From assembly GCF_006345805.1 (NCBI RefSeq), contig NC_043001.1, forward strand, positions 93,186,001 through 93,250,000: a stretch of 64,000 bases of DNA. The letters run 5' to 3'. Shown here in pieces: positions 1 through 12,385 of this stretch (positions within the stretch are counted from its first letter, which is position 1; each line of letters begins with the position of its first letter). The notes beneath the pieces were generated by a model. That model was not told the DNA's origin. It ran no database searches and worked only from the letters and a program-made list of their open reading frames with translations. This stretch comes from Octopus sinensis. Taxonomy: Eukaryota. The translations under genes were made by a program, and so were the position numbers.

Positions 1-278
1 TACATGCCGAAGACTACTTGGTGTAATTGATAATTATTCCAAATTAATTAATTTCACCCTTCATTATTACGGATAACCATATTTTATCTCAGTAGATGAC
101 CACAGCATCTTGTTTTGGCTGCACGCGGGTGGGAAGGGGCTGTTGACACAATCGTTTCATTCACAAATTTGAATTCGGTGATACTAGTTGAGGATTCTAG
201 CTCGCTCTGATACTGAGTTGAGTTGGTACCTCCTAGTATCTCAAAATTCAATATATAATCATTTATGATTATAGTATT

Positions 279-383
279 CCACGCTGAAGAGAAAAGAAGT
301 TTCGGTAAGATAGAATTATTTAATATTTAATATTTTAATTCTTATGCTTTCCTAAAACTTGATTTCGAAACGTACGTCCGTGG
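279..383 (+). ncRNA. Type I hammerhead ribozyme, copy 1 (predicted cleavage after C378)
   Basis: Stem I CCACG(279-283)/CGUGG(379-383); core CUGAAGA 284-290; stem II G291-C366, A292-U365, A293-U364, A294-U363, extending into a long hairpin; GAAA 367-370; stem III A-U, C-G with GUAC loop; GUC 376-378. Confidence 0.88.
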
Positions 384-878
384 ATAACTTTAAAATGTTT
401 GATAGATTGCGGTTAATTCATTCTCTCTACCTGTTTGTGTCAGCCTTCCAATTGCTGTTTTTACTGAGATCTCCCTTTTTAGTAGAAGAAATAGCTATAA
501 CCCTTTGACTGCTATTTCTAAAATCGGTATGTGGTAAGGCAATTCGTTGCTGAACCCTTATTGCTTAGTATTACTTAAATTTTCCTCAAATGAGGCTTTT
601 ACATGCCGAAGACTACTTGGTGGTAATTGATAATTATTCCAAATTAATTAATTTCACCCTTCATTATTACGGATAACCATATTTTATCTCAGTAGATGAC
701 CACAGCATCTTGTTTTGGCTGCACGCGGGTGGGAAGGGGCTGGTTGGCACAATCGTTTCATTCACAAATTTGAATTCGGTGATACTAGTTGAGGATTCTA
801 GCTCGCTCTGATACTGAGTTGAGTTGGTACCTCCTAGTATCTCAAAATTCAATATATAATCATTTATGATTATAGTAT

Positions 879-983
879 CCACGCTGAAGAGAAAAGAAGT
901 TTCGGTAAGATAGAATTATTTAATATTTAATATTTTAATTCTTATGCTTTCCTAAAACTTGATTTCGAAACGTACGTCCGTGG
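879..983 (+). ncRNA. Type I hammerhead ribozyme, copy 2 (cleavage after C978)
   Basis: Same CCACG-CUGAAGA...C-GAAAC-GUAC-GUC-CGUGG motif, core intact. Confidence 0.88.
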
Positions 984-1478
984 ATAACTTTAAAAATGTT
1001 TGATAGATTGCGGTTAATTCATTCTCTTTACCTGTTTGTGTCAGCCTTCCAATTGCTGTTTTTACTGAGATCTCCCTTTTTAGTAGAAGAAAAATAGCTA
1101 TAACCCTTGACTGCTATTTCTAAATTCGGTATGTGGTAAGGCATTCGTTGCTGAACCCTTATTGCTTAGTATTACTTAAATTTTCCTCAAATGAGGCTTT
1201 TACATGCCGAAGACTACTTGGTGTAATTGATAATTATTCCAAATTAATTAATTTCACCCTTCATTATTACGGATAACCATATTTTATCTCAGTAGATGAC
1301 CACAGCATCTTGTTTTGGCTGCACGCGGGTGGGAAGGGGCTGTTGACACAATCGTTTCATTCACAAATTTGAATTCGGTGATACTAGTTGAGGATTCTAG
1401 CTCGCTCTGATACTGAGTTGAGTTGGTACCTCCTAGTATCTCAAAATTCAATATATAATCATTATTGATTATAGTATT

Positions 1479-1583
1479 CCACGCTGAAGAGAAAAGAAGT
1501 TTCGGTAAGATAGAATTATTTAATATTTAATATTTTAATTCTTATGCTTTCCTAAAACTTGATTTCGAAACGTACGTCCGTGG
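1479..1583 (+). ncRNA. Type I hammerhead ribozyme, copy 3 (cleavage after C1578)
   Basis: Same motif, core intact. Confidence 0.88.
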
Positions 1584-2077
1584 ATAACTTTAAAAATGTT
1601 TGATAGATTGCGGTTAATTCATTCTCTCTTACCTGTTTGTGTCAGCCTTCCAATTGCTGTTTTTACTGAGATCTCCCTTTAGTAGTAGAAGAAATAGCTA
1701 TACCCTTTGACTGCTATTTCTAAATTCGGTATGTGGTAAGGCAATTCGTTGCTGAACCCTTATTGCTTAGTATTACTTAAATTTTCCTCAAATGAGGCTT
1801 TTACATGCCGAAGACTACTTGGTGTAATTGATAATTATTCCAAATTAATTAATTTCACCCTTCATTATTACGGATAACCATATTTTATCTCAGTAGATGA
1901 CCACAGCATCTGTTTTGGCTGCACGCGGGTGGGAAGGGGCTGTTGACACAATCGTTCATTCACAAATTTGAATTCGGTGATACTAGTTGAGGATTCTAGC
2001 TCGCTCTGATACTGAGTTGAGTTGGTACCTCCTAGTATCTCAAAATTCAATATATAATCATTTATGATTATAGTATT

Positions 2078-2182
2078 CCACGCTGAAGAGAAAAGAAGTT
2101 TCGGTAAGATAGAATTATTTAATATTTAATATTTTAATTCTTATGCTTTCCTAAAACTTGATTTCGAAACGTACGTCCGTGG
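2078..2182 (+). ncRNA. Type I hammerhead ribozyme, copy 4 (cleavage after C2177)
   Basis: Same motif, core intact. Confidence 0.88.
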
Positions 2183-2676
2183 ATAACTTTAAAAATGTTT
2201 GATAGATTGCGGTTAATTCATTCTCTCTTACCTGTTTGTGTCAGCCTTCCAATTGCTGTTTTTACTGAGATCTCCCTTTTTAGTAGAAGAAATAGCTATA
2301 ACCCTTTGACTGCTATTTCTAAATTCGGTATGTGGTAAGGCAATTCGTTGCTGAACCCTTATTGCTTAGTATTACTTAAATTTTCCTCAAATGAGGCTTT
2401 TACATGCCGAAGACTACTTGGTGTAATTGATAATTATTCCAAATTAATTAATTTCACCCTCTTATTACGGATAACCATATTTTATCTCAGTAGATGACCA
2501 CAGCATCTTGTTTTGGCTGCACGCGGGGGGGAAGGGGCTGTTGACACAATCGTTTCATTCACAAATTTGAATTCGGTGATACTAGTTGAGGATTCTAGCT
2601 CGCTCTGATACTGAGTTGAGTTGGTACCTCCTAGTATCTCAAAATTCAATATATAATCATTTATGATTATAGTATT

Positions 2677-2780
2677 CCACGCTGAAGAGAAAAGAAGTTT
2701 CGGTAAGATGAATTATTTAATATTTAATATTTTAATTCTTATGCTTTCCTAAAACTTGATTTCGAAACGTACGTCCGTGG
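2677..2780 (+). ncRNA. Type I hammerhead ribozyme, copy 5 (cleavage after C2775)
   Basis: Same motif, core intact; 1-nt deletion in distal stem II. Confidence 0.88.
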
Positions 2781-3086
2781 ATAACTTTAAAAATGTTTGA
2801 TAGATTGCGGTTAATTCATTCTCTCTTACCTGTTGTGTCAGCCTTCCAATTGCTGTTTTTACTGAGATCTCCCTTTTTAGTAGAAGAAATAGCTATAACC
2901 TTTGACTGCTATTTCTAAATTCGGTATGTGGTAAGGCAATTCGTTGCTGAACCCTTATTGCTTAGTATTACTTAAATTTTCCTCAAATGAGGCTTTTACA
3001 TGCCGAAGACTACTTGGTGTAATTGATAATTATTCCAAATTAATTAATTTCACCCTTCATTATTACGGATATATATATATATATAT

Positions 3087-3446
3087 CGTGGCACTCCGTC
3101 GTTTACGACGACGCAGGTTCCAGTTGATTTAATCAACAGAACAGCCTGCTCGTGAAGTTAACATGCAAGTGGCTGAGCACTTCATAGACACGCGTACCCT
3201 TAACATAATTCTCGGGGAGATTCAGCGTGACAAGACTGGCTCTTTGAAATACAGGTACAACAGAAACAGGATGAAAGAGTGAGAGAAAGTTGTGGTGAAA
3301 GAATACAGCCGGGTTCACCACGCCCCCCTGCTGGAGTCTCGTGGAGCTTTAGGTGTTTTCGCTCAATAAACATTGACAATGCTCGGTCTGGGAATCGGAA
3401 ACGCGATCCTATGACCTCGAGTCTGCTGCCCTAACCCCTGGGCCCT
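3087..3446 (-). mobile_element. tRNA-derived SINE adjacent to (AT)n
   Basis: Minus strand starts GGCCCAGGGGTTAGGGCAGCAGACTCGAGGTCATAGGATCGCG...CCGATTCCCAGACC (degenerate A/B boxes). The body (CGTGGCACTCCGTC...GAGTGAGAGAAAGTTGTGG) matches a common cephalopod repeat as I recall it. Confidence 0.7.
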
Positions 3447-3527
3447 TGCACCTCTACACACACACACACACGCACACACACTCATATATAATTATATATA
3501 AATATATATGTATTATATATAATTATG

Positions 3528-3575
<48 letters not shown>

Positions 3576-3689
3576 CATGCATACCCAACATATATCTCTG
3601 TGTGTATATGGGCGTGTGCGCGTGTGTACATGTACACACACAAGCATTCAATATCATTAACTATTTCAATATTTATTCAGAACTAAAGC

Positions 3690-4263
3690 ATATCACAGCC
3701 GGTTATCAAAAACAATGTCTGCTCGACGGAATTCTTCCACACATCTTTAAACAGGAACATAGGCTTAATTTAGACGGCTATGTAAATCTGTTGAAGACTG
3801 GTCAAAACCCTAGTTAGAGAGGGTTGCTGCTTGATGACTATATGTGTGGCAGCAGGATTCAGCTCTTTTCCAACCCACCAGAAAAAGTCAAGTTGTTGTC
3901 AGAGTTTCTCTACTACTTCACCAGTCTTAATTTCTGGCCTTCTAGTTGCTCCAATTGTAATCTCATGTGTCACGATTGAGAAAGACAGCAACCGCTCTGC
4001 CTGCTACACCACTAGCGAGCTGATGGCCAAGATTAAGGAGGTGTTCGAATATATTCTCACGGACACGATGAGGAATGCATGGGTCAGGCTTCGAAACCGC
4101 TTGGGGCCTTGGTAGAAGCTGAGGACAGCTACTTTGAGTAAACTGTTAATCCTCAGCCATAACCTAGTTAATGTTTTTTGATTTTTTTTCAAGTACTTTT
4201 ATTTTTCGATAGAATGTTGTGATTTCTTTTCTTTTATGCAAGCAAATTTAGCCTGAATACCCC
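3690..4263 (+). mobile_element. Degenerate Tc1/mariner-superfamily transposase C-terminal remnant
   Basis: Frameshifted peptides HIFKQEHRLNLDGYVNLLKT, YVWQQDSA (3841-3864), FWPSS..NCNLM, ELMAKIKEVFE and EAEDSYFE-stop. These correspond to the second catalytic D region and the WPPxSPDxNP motif. Confidence 0.85.
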
Positions 4264-5934
4264 GCACAATGCCATCCCCAGAAAAGGATGCCATGGGATA
4301 AATAGAGACAACAGCTCTTCTATGGAATACATCCATAGCACAAGGAATGCTGATAGAACATGTCAAGTCAAAAATTTCTTCCAAGTGGACATTGTTATTT
4401 AGGGTAAAAGTAAAGTACAGTTAAAGGAGTGTATGTATGGACAACTGCTTCAAATGGAAGTATGTCTGCCTTCCAAAGTGTGTTCATTTGTGTAACACAG
4501 CGATGCTTATGTGTAAACATATGTGAAATATATTGGGTTGGTAACATTAAAGACGAGGAAGAGCAAGAAGTGGATTGACAAATGGAAGTGTCTGTACACG
4601 TGTTTCTCTATAGTTATGTAGGTGTTCATAAAAGACGGAGGAGGGAAGACTTTTTTAAACTAACCTAAGGAAGAGCAAAAGTGTAATAAAAAAGCGAGAC
4701 GAAGTGAATATCAATGCATAACATACGAATGTTTATTTGTGAAATTGTGTGCTTGTGTGTGTATATGAGCGTGAAAAAGAGTGAGCGTGAGATAGAGAGA
4801 AGGAAAGAAGGAGAAAGAAAGACAAAAAGGAGAGGGTAAGTAGGGAAGAGCAAAAAGAGAGCATGAAATAAATTTCGAAGTGAAAGAAAAAGTATAAAGG
4901 GAACAAAAAGTGAGAATAGCGATCAGAAATACAGAGTAATTCCGATAAATGAGCATAAATGGAATTAGGCTTCCGATTTTCTTTTATCACTGGATACGTT
5001 ATCAGCTGTTACTTCCGGTTATGAAATAAAGATAGTACATGCGTAAAACATACGCGTACGCATAGGCATATACACTTAAATACACGCATACATGTATACG
5101 CACAAACATGTATACACAAATACACATACTCAGGTATAAAAATAACAAAAATACAATATCAAAACGAAATGAAATATACGCAAAAGAACTAAGTGATAAC
5201 GTTAGAAAATATGAATGCAGTAGGAAAATAACATGTAGAAAAATTTTGAACACTTAAAATGATAACTAAATGGAAATGTCGAACGAAAGATATTTGGAGG
5301 TGGAATGAGTATGCTACAAGACTAACAAAGATGAAAGAAGAAAATATATTAAAAACAAGGAGAGAAAAAAATATAAACTAAAATGCAGAAAGGCAGTAAT
5401 GAATTGTAAAACAATAACCATTAATGATACAATCATGAAATATGGACGTTGACCGAGAAATAGACGGTCGTAAAAGAAAGAGTTTGAAAGTAGGAAAACA
5501 GAAATGAAAAGAGTTAAAGATAACATCACGAAATATGGCAATGAATTAAATTATTATCTTAGCAACCAACTTCGTCTTCTTAATGTCTCATGGTGATTAT
5601 TGCACGATTGCAAAAGATTTCTTGAGACGAGACGCCGCTGACAGATATGTGAATATCGGTAGAGAAGTCATCGAGTTGATGTAGATATGTAGAGGATACA
5701 CCTACAGCGAATGAAATACTTTCATAGAATGTATATACGGATGTATATGTGGGTGTATGTAAATGGTTGAGCATGTGTGTGTGTGCGCGTGCGTGTGTGT
5801 ATGTGTGTGTGTGTGTGTGCGTGTCTGCACGCGCTCAAGCACGAAATGTAGCATATATAGCATTGATATTGGGTTTTGAACATGGTGATTAATTAATGAT
5901 TGTTCTATTCTCTGTCTCTGTCTGCATCTCTCGC

Positions 5935-5997
<63 letters not shown>

Positions 5998-6052
5998 GTG
6001 TGTGTATCTATATAAACATATATATGTGTATATATATACATATATATACGCG

Positions 6053-6124
<72 letters not shown>

Positions 6125-6219
6125 AACCTACCTACCTACCTACCTTTATACCTACCTACTACCTACCAACCTACCTACCTATCTACCTACCTACCTACCT
6201 ACCTACCTAGATATGTGTA

Positions 6220-6286
<67 letters not shown>

Positions 6287-6287
6287 A

Positions 6288-6382
<95 letters not shown>

Positions 6383-6385
6383 ATA
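6053..6385. repeat. Compound (TATC)n/(CCTA)n/(CT)n microsatellite
   Basis: Directly visible. Confidence 0.95.
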
Positions 6386-6955
6386 TTCATATGCAATTTA
6401 TTTCCTCTTCCTAATCAGTGTATTTCGCCTCCCACCTTTAGTTTTTGATATTCTATGTTCTGTTCTTCTCTTTCTCTGTTTCAGCCTATTTTATTAGCTT
6501 TAAAGTTGATGCTACACTGTATTAGATTAAATACTTTTTCTAATACCATTTGCTTTTTTTCTAGTTCTTAATCAAATGCACTGCACGACTGGAAGGAAGT
6601 ACGGATAAAAAACAAATGTATTTGAGTTTATCTGTATACGTGTGTGTACGTAGATGAAATTGTAGTATGCTAGTGTGTTGTTTGTATGAAAGATGATTAC
6701 TACAGATGTTAATGGCCGATTGCAAGAAAAAATACAAACAATATTTCACATTCTTTGAAATAATATTCTAACATCTATAGTGAATAGTTGCGAAGGATAT
6801 GATTGGTTATTCGGTTAAATTCCCTGGGTAGAGGCATGCAATCGGAAAGAAACCGAAACCTAAAACAATTTTTATGTTATGTATATAGACACATATAACT
6901 ATTTTGTATATAACTACATACTATTTTTTTAAAAGATGTACCAGACATGACTTAT

Positions 6956-7115
6956 AGGCGTGGATGTGTGGTAAGAAATCAATTTCCCAGCTGAATGGTT
7001 CCGGGTTCAGTCCCACTGCGTGGCAGCTTGGGCTTGTGTAATCTTCTAGAATTTCGGGTCGATCAAAACGCAGTGAATGGATTTGGAAGCCGAAACTGCA
7101 AAACACCTCTCGTGC
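6956..7115 (+). mobile_element. SINE family A, 5' (tRNA-like) half
   Basis: GTGTGGTAAG...GGTTCCGGGTTCAGTCCCACTGCGTGGCAGCTTGGGC...GAAACTGCAAAA; homologous to 21008-21160. Confidence 0.85.
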
Positions 7116-7140
7116 ATAGACAGACAGACAGACACACCAC

Positions 7141-7428
7141 ATATTTGTGTAACATTGTCCGTTTTTTCCGTCCTTGTTTTTGTATACATTCGCTGCTTTC
7201 TTCCAAGGAATCTAATGCTCTTAGCTTAGTTTTTCCTTGCGGCTGGCCAGATTGGAGCAATCTCAAGAAAAATCAGCCGAAATTGCGAGGATAATCTGCT
7301 GTTTCACTGAGGAAAGAAAACTTTCAATGACCCGTCCTTGTTTTCTTTGTATCGTCTATCTGGATGTTTTGTTGTCCCTTTTTGTATCACCTAGCTGTCC
7401 GGATGTCTTGCGTTCTTGTCCCATTTTG

Positions 7429-7430
<2 letters not shown>
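7141..7430. repeat. Probable interspersed repeat nested between the halves of SINE A, ending in (TA)n
   Basis: Sits between the SINE A head and tail; internal direct repeat CCGTCCTTGTTT (~7168 and ~7332); resembles a recurrent cephalopod repeat (recall only). Confidence 0.45.
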
Positions 7431-7469
<39 letters not shown>

Positions 7470-7665
7470 ATTCTCCCACCACTGCTTGACAACTGATGTT
7501 TATTTGGTTACATTCTCGTAACTTAACGGTTCGGGAAAAAGAGTTCGATGGAATGAGTACTAAACTTAGAAAAGAGCACTAAGGTGTATTTACTCGACTA
7601 AATCTTTCAATGTGTTAAACCAAAATGGCCGCAGTCTAATAACTAAAAGGGACAAAAGATAAAAG
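7470..7665 (+). mobile_element. SINE family A, 3' half (degenerate)
   Basis: CACCACTGCTTGACAACTGATG...CGTAACTTAACGGTTCGG...ATGGCCGCAGTC; homologous to 21440-21626. Confidence 0.75.
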
Positions 7666-7726
7666 AAGAAAGATATCTATGCATCTCTCCCTGTAAATAT
7701 ACACATACGTCCACACATACGCACAA

Positions 7727-7791
<65 letters not shown>

Positions 7792-8391
7792 GTATATCAA
7801 TGTATGTGCTTCTATAAGTGTGTATATTGCCGCCTTGTATAAAATTAAATATTTACATATTAACGTAAAATAAGACATGAATACGTAGTAATTTTACTTC
7901 CAGTTCCTTCCGAAGTTTCGCATGTTACTAATAAGATAATCTTCAAACAATTTCATGATAGAGAGACACTATTATCATATCAAAACTTACAATCAAATTG
8001 TTATACAATACATCTAATATATACATATTAACACACGGCGTATATATAAGCATGCATTCAATACACACATATATATATATAATACACACATACATACATA
8101 TATGTATGTGTGTGTGTGTGTGTGCGTGAGTGGGCGGGTGAGTGCTTGTCTGCCTGTCTGTGTATATAGGTATGCATATATAAATTTGTCTATAACTTGC
8201 TGCATTAGAAGGCATGGTAGCCAACATGTATAAATTAATATTTATGAGCGTATCAAGCGTATTTGCATATAACTTTGATATTGTGCATCCATTCATCGAT
8301 TTGCAGACATTAGCATACATACTTTTACGTATACATTCATAGAAAGCGCTTAGACCTATACACTTATAGACATACGTATGTATGTATAAGT

Positions 8392-8429
<38 letters not shown>

Positions 8430-9949
8430 GCATACACACACGCACACATATATATATATATATGTAGATACCTATATATATATGTATATATGTATGTATA
8501 AGCCCATATATATATGTATACAAACCCACGCACGACTACATACGCACACACATATATATACACATGCATATTTCGCTGTACCTCTAAATTAACTGTGACA
8601 CAAATACAACATTGTATTCCCCGTCTTTATAGTAATCTGACTGACATCATCGCTACAAAACCAGCTTAGAAGTGACACTAAGTTGTTACCCTTCATTTTC
8701 ACATAGATCATACTACATCGACCAAACTGATTGTCTGAAATTCTTTTAGCAAATGGTAGGACGCATTATCTATTGTCACATAACGCTTTTTCCCACCGCC
8801 TCTTTCTTCCTCTCTTCCAATTGTCATATTGATTCTTATTGGCTGCCAATCAAGTCTAACGTGCTAAATTGTCTTGACAGGCAATTTCTAGACTATTTCC
8901 CTTGGTATGCACTATATTAAACATTTTCTCTTCACATACTTTCTCCTTACCTTATGCTCTACTAAATTCTCCGCTATTCCACCAATCACTTGTACTTTTC
9001 ATCTTTATTTTATTGATATCTATAACTCGCTTTTAACAAACTAGCCTTCAAACAGCTACAGTTAAACCGAATTTATCTTTGAAAATCTATCTATATTGCT
9101 TTTCCAAAATTTGCCAGACAAATTCTTGATACATTTTATTTCTCTATAAGTTTTTTTGCTGTTTCTGTTGTGAAACACCTTCGATATTGTATTTACATTA
9201 TTTTTAAATACTGATATTGTTTTTAAATATTTTAAAGAAAAACGTCGTAGTAGTTTCTGCACATTTTTCGTCGAACATAAAAATATTATCGTTCTATGTT
9301 GTACTAGGAAATTGCGACGCTGTCTCTGTCCTGTTTTTAATCAAATTACTTCACTATTTCTGAACAGCCATCGATCATATTCACTCTCTGAACGTCTGCA
9401 CATTTTTAGCCAAACATTAAAATTGTGTTTTATGTATTTTGCTTAAATTGGAACACTTACATCTCCATGGTTTCCAATTCACATCACAGCAACCATTTAT
9501 GTTTAATTTAAGAAAAGAGAAAAGAAAAAACAACCCAAACGACAAAACAAAAAATACATTTTTAGCAGAGAATTTCAAGTCAGTCATCAAACTCACTTTT
9601 GAACAAATTTCTGACAAAAGCAACATACACCTCACATATACACCCGCGTACAAATAATTATACAAATAAACACACATAGATATACACGCGCACACATCTT
9701 CTTATGCTATCTATTTGTTGACACGAGTCCAAGCTGATGTCGTACAACTGACTAAAAAGTCGCGGTTTCATATTTTACATTCTTCAACGCTGACACAATT
9801 TTGTTTTGTATTTAATATCCTGTTCTTATTGATTAACCTCAGATAAGCCCTTTCTGGCAAACTTATAATCAAAAGCCTTCTGTTCCTGTCCCACCACTAA
9901 CTTTTTCAAGCATTAATTATTTAATACTGTGTTACCCTATAGATTATTA

Positions 9950-10035
9950 TTTTTTTAGGACGGTAGAATGTGATAAGAGAGAATTTTGATGGCTATTTTA
10001 GGCAAATAGAGTGACCACCAAGAGGTTTCCTTGCT
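9950..10035 (+). repeat. Short interspersed repeat family C (TTTTAGGACG...GCTATTT)
   Basis: Similar to 44895-44990 (+) and 42615-42690 (-). Confidence 0.55.
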
Positions 10036-12321
10036 GGAGTTATGATCAAGCACTAAATGTACATTTAGAGGATCCCTATTTTAAGTAGCTGTTACTGAGA
10101 GCTCCGTTTCTACTTGCGCTGGTACATGTGGGAAAGAGACAGAAACAACACACCGATATACATACTCACAGCTTGCCGTTCACTTACTCAGCCGCCTTTG
10201 AGAACCATTTCGATAATGTATCGAGATTCTCGATTGGATCAAGAACTAAGTGCAATGATTACTTCAGAGTCAAACTTATCACATACGAGCAGGCATCAAT
10301 CACTCGTATGATAGACAAAAGGATGTAACTAAGACAACAACGACAGCGGTGCTGATGACAACGATGTCTCGGCGACAATAATGCCCGACAACGAAGGGGA
10401 CAAACAGCAACAACAACGCTGAGAATGACGAAGATGGTAAGAGCAATACCGGCACCAAGAGAGATGAGAAAACAACAACTGGGTGTCTGTTGGCGCCAGA
10501 ATTGACCTATACACTACCAAAAAGATGTGTCCAACTGAAATACTACCAACCCTGCATGCAAGTCAAAGCATACTTTAAACTTTGCAACACAGTTTATATT
10601 TAAACGCCTGTTGCTCTGTTTAGCTTATGGCTTGGACAGTAAAATTCGAATAATTTCTCTTTGCGCATGTCTTCGTTTATCAATCAGGCAATAAGTAAAG
10701 AAGCAGCAGCTAAAGCACTATGCAGTCGCTCCTGCATGAGCAACAAAATTTCCCCAGATTGCGCATTACCGTTGTAGGAAAGAACACGCTAGATAATGTG
10801 GTAATGGATACATTGTGCCTAGGGAAAAGTCATAACAGTAGTAACTGGATTATCTTTTATAATACGTTTCCTTGATAGAGGCTCAGTTGAGACTAAACCA
10901 CAGCAAAGTGGTTGACTGAAATCGGAGTGACAGTTGTGAATTTCTTGTTTAATGTATTTTTCTTCACTTTCTGCAGTGATGTTATTGAAAAGACAAGAAC
11001 ATCACAACCACCTCTCTCTAATACAGAGTTTTTGCATAGAGTCAAAAAGAAACAAATTATGATTTCTAACGTTGGCACAAAATCACTCATTTTGTAGGAT
11101 GAGTATTATCGATGACATTGGCCTTCATTAGTGATGGTATTTTATTTTATCAAAATTCGGAAGGATCAAAGGCGAAGATGACTTTTAAAGAATTTGAACC
11201 CGAAACGAAGAGGGTTGCAACTAAATATCACATGGCATTTCATCCGAAGCTTTAAAGATTTTGTTGATTCAAAGCACTGAGCGTTAGAAAACAGCAAGTA
11301 AGCTTCTGATGGTTGGTATTTTCTTTCAGCTATGATGATAATATACCAGAGATATTCATGGAATCCGTCATATCCCATCTCACACCCTTACTGTAGAAGG
11401 TGCATATATCTAGTTGAACGAATCAACTCAAATATGAACACTTTTCCATTTTAAAGTTAAAATGTTACGCAAAATATACATTTGATCTAATTTCTTCAAA
11501 GATACCACAGAAGCGCACATTTAATCCTGTCATTTTGACTTCTCGGGAAACTTTTAATACACCAATGACTATTTCTTGTGATTCCTCTTGGGGCTGAATT
11601 TCACGAGAATTAATGATAAAGAGACATGTTCAGACAATGTGCAATGCAAATACTTTCTTGTAGGTACCGAAAATTGTTATTCCCGCTTCCCGCTGTTGTT
11701 GGTGTTACTTAGCTCCATTTCAGCTTTGTCCTAGCTATCTTTTCATCAAAAATATTCCCGCAGTAAGCATTCCGTCTTTTATTAAGTGTTTCTAAGACGG
11801 TGTTATTTCGCATGGTTGGTTCTTGTAAAGAGTGAAATGAGGAAGATTTGGCTGTTCTATAAACTGGTAAAATAACAACGTATATGGCTCTTCGTTGGTT
11901 CGTATACAACTGGGTACTATGGAATGATTGAAATGATATGATGCAAACAGCATTGACAGTACATGATTTCGAGTGTTTCATGAGCTTACGGTAACTGAGT
12001 AAAAATTCCTGTTACGAATAAATGCCACACAGCAAAATAATTTCTATACCATCACCAACAGCAGTTAACAAAAACAAACAAACAAACAAACAAGACTAAT
12101 ACATAAGAACAACAAAAATCAGAAAGGAAGTAATAACAAGACATAAACGCATTCTTAGAGTAACATCCAAACACAGAAACAAACACACGCAAACATACAA
12201 TGTGTCGAACACACACGTAGACATGTAGACACAAAGGAGGTATTTGTTTGAATATATAACTTCCCCTGAAGCTATTGTTCGAAGACATTTAGAAAATTAA
12301 TAGAAAGGAGTAGAGGACAGA

Positions 12322-12385
<64 letters not shown>

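Larger units (their letters stand above)
1..3070 (+). repeat. Head-to-tail array of a ~600-bp unit (5 full copies + 74-bp partial), retrozyme/Penelope pLTR-like; probably continues upstream
   Basis: Unit start TACATGCCGAAGACTAC recurs at 1, 600, 1201, 1802, 2401 and 2997. Copies differ mainly by 1-2 nt indels. The array ends at ...TTATTACGGAT (3070), running into (AT)n. Confidence 0.97.

Noticed and set aside
667-882. Minus-strand ORF in the 600-bp unit (NFEILGGTNSTQYQSELES...), faintly like a GIY-YIG C-terminus
   Set aside because: Antisense to the ribozyme, lacks GIY/YIG motifs, overlaps a hairpin, and its length changes between copies through indels.
1-3070. CRISPR array or rDNA/5S/tRNA cluster interpretation
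   Set aside because: No unique spacers, no rRNA or tRNA motifs, and no clear Pol III A/B boxes in the unit.
3380-3446. tRNA genes at SINE heads (also 21008 and 44800)
   Set aside because: Only degenerate A/B boxes, no cloverleaf, and continuous with SINE bodies.
5900-6497. Long ORFs such as [20 protein letters not shown] and THTHTH here and throughout the window
   Set aside because: Translations of stop-free microsatellites.
8640-9330. Minus-strand coding-like stretch (ORF 9062-9262; a DNASYH-like hexapeptide near 8760-8780)
   Set aside because: Motifs are isolated and not in a convincing transposase or RT order; needs a translated HMM search.
10114-10600. GC-richer block with several short ORFs
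   Set aside because: No continuous frame, recognisable domain or convincing splice pair.
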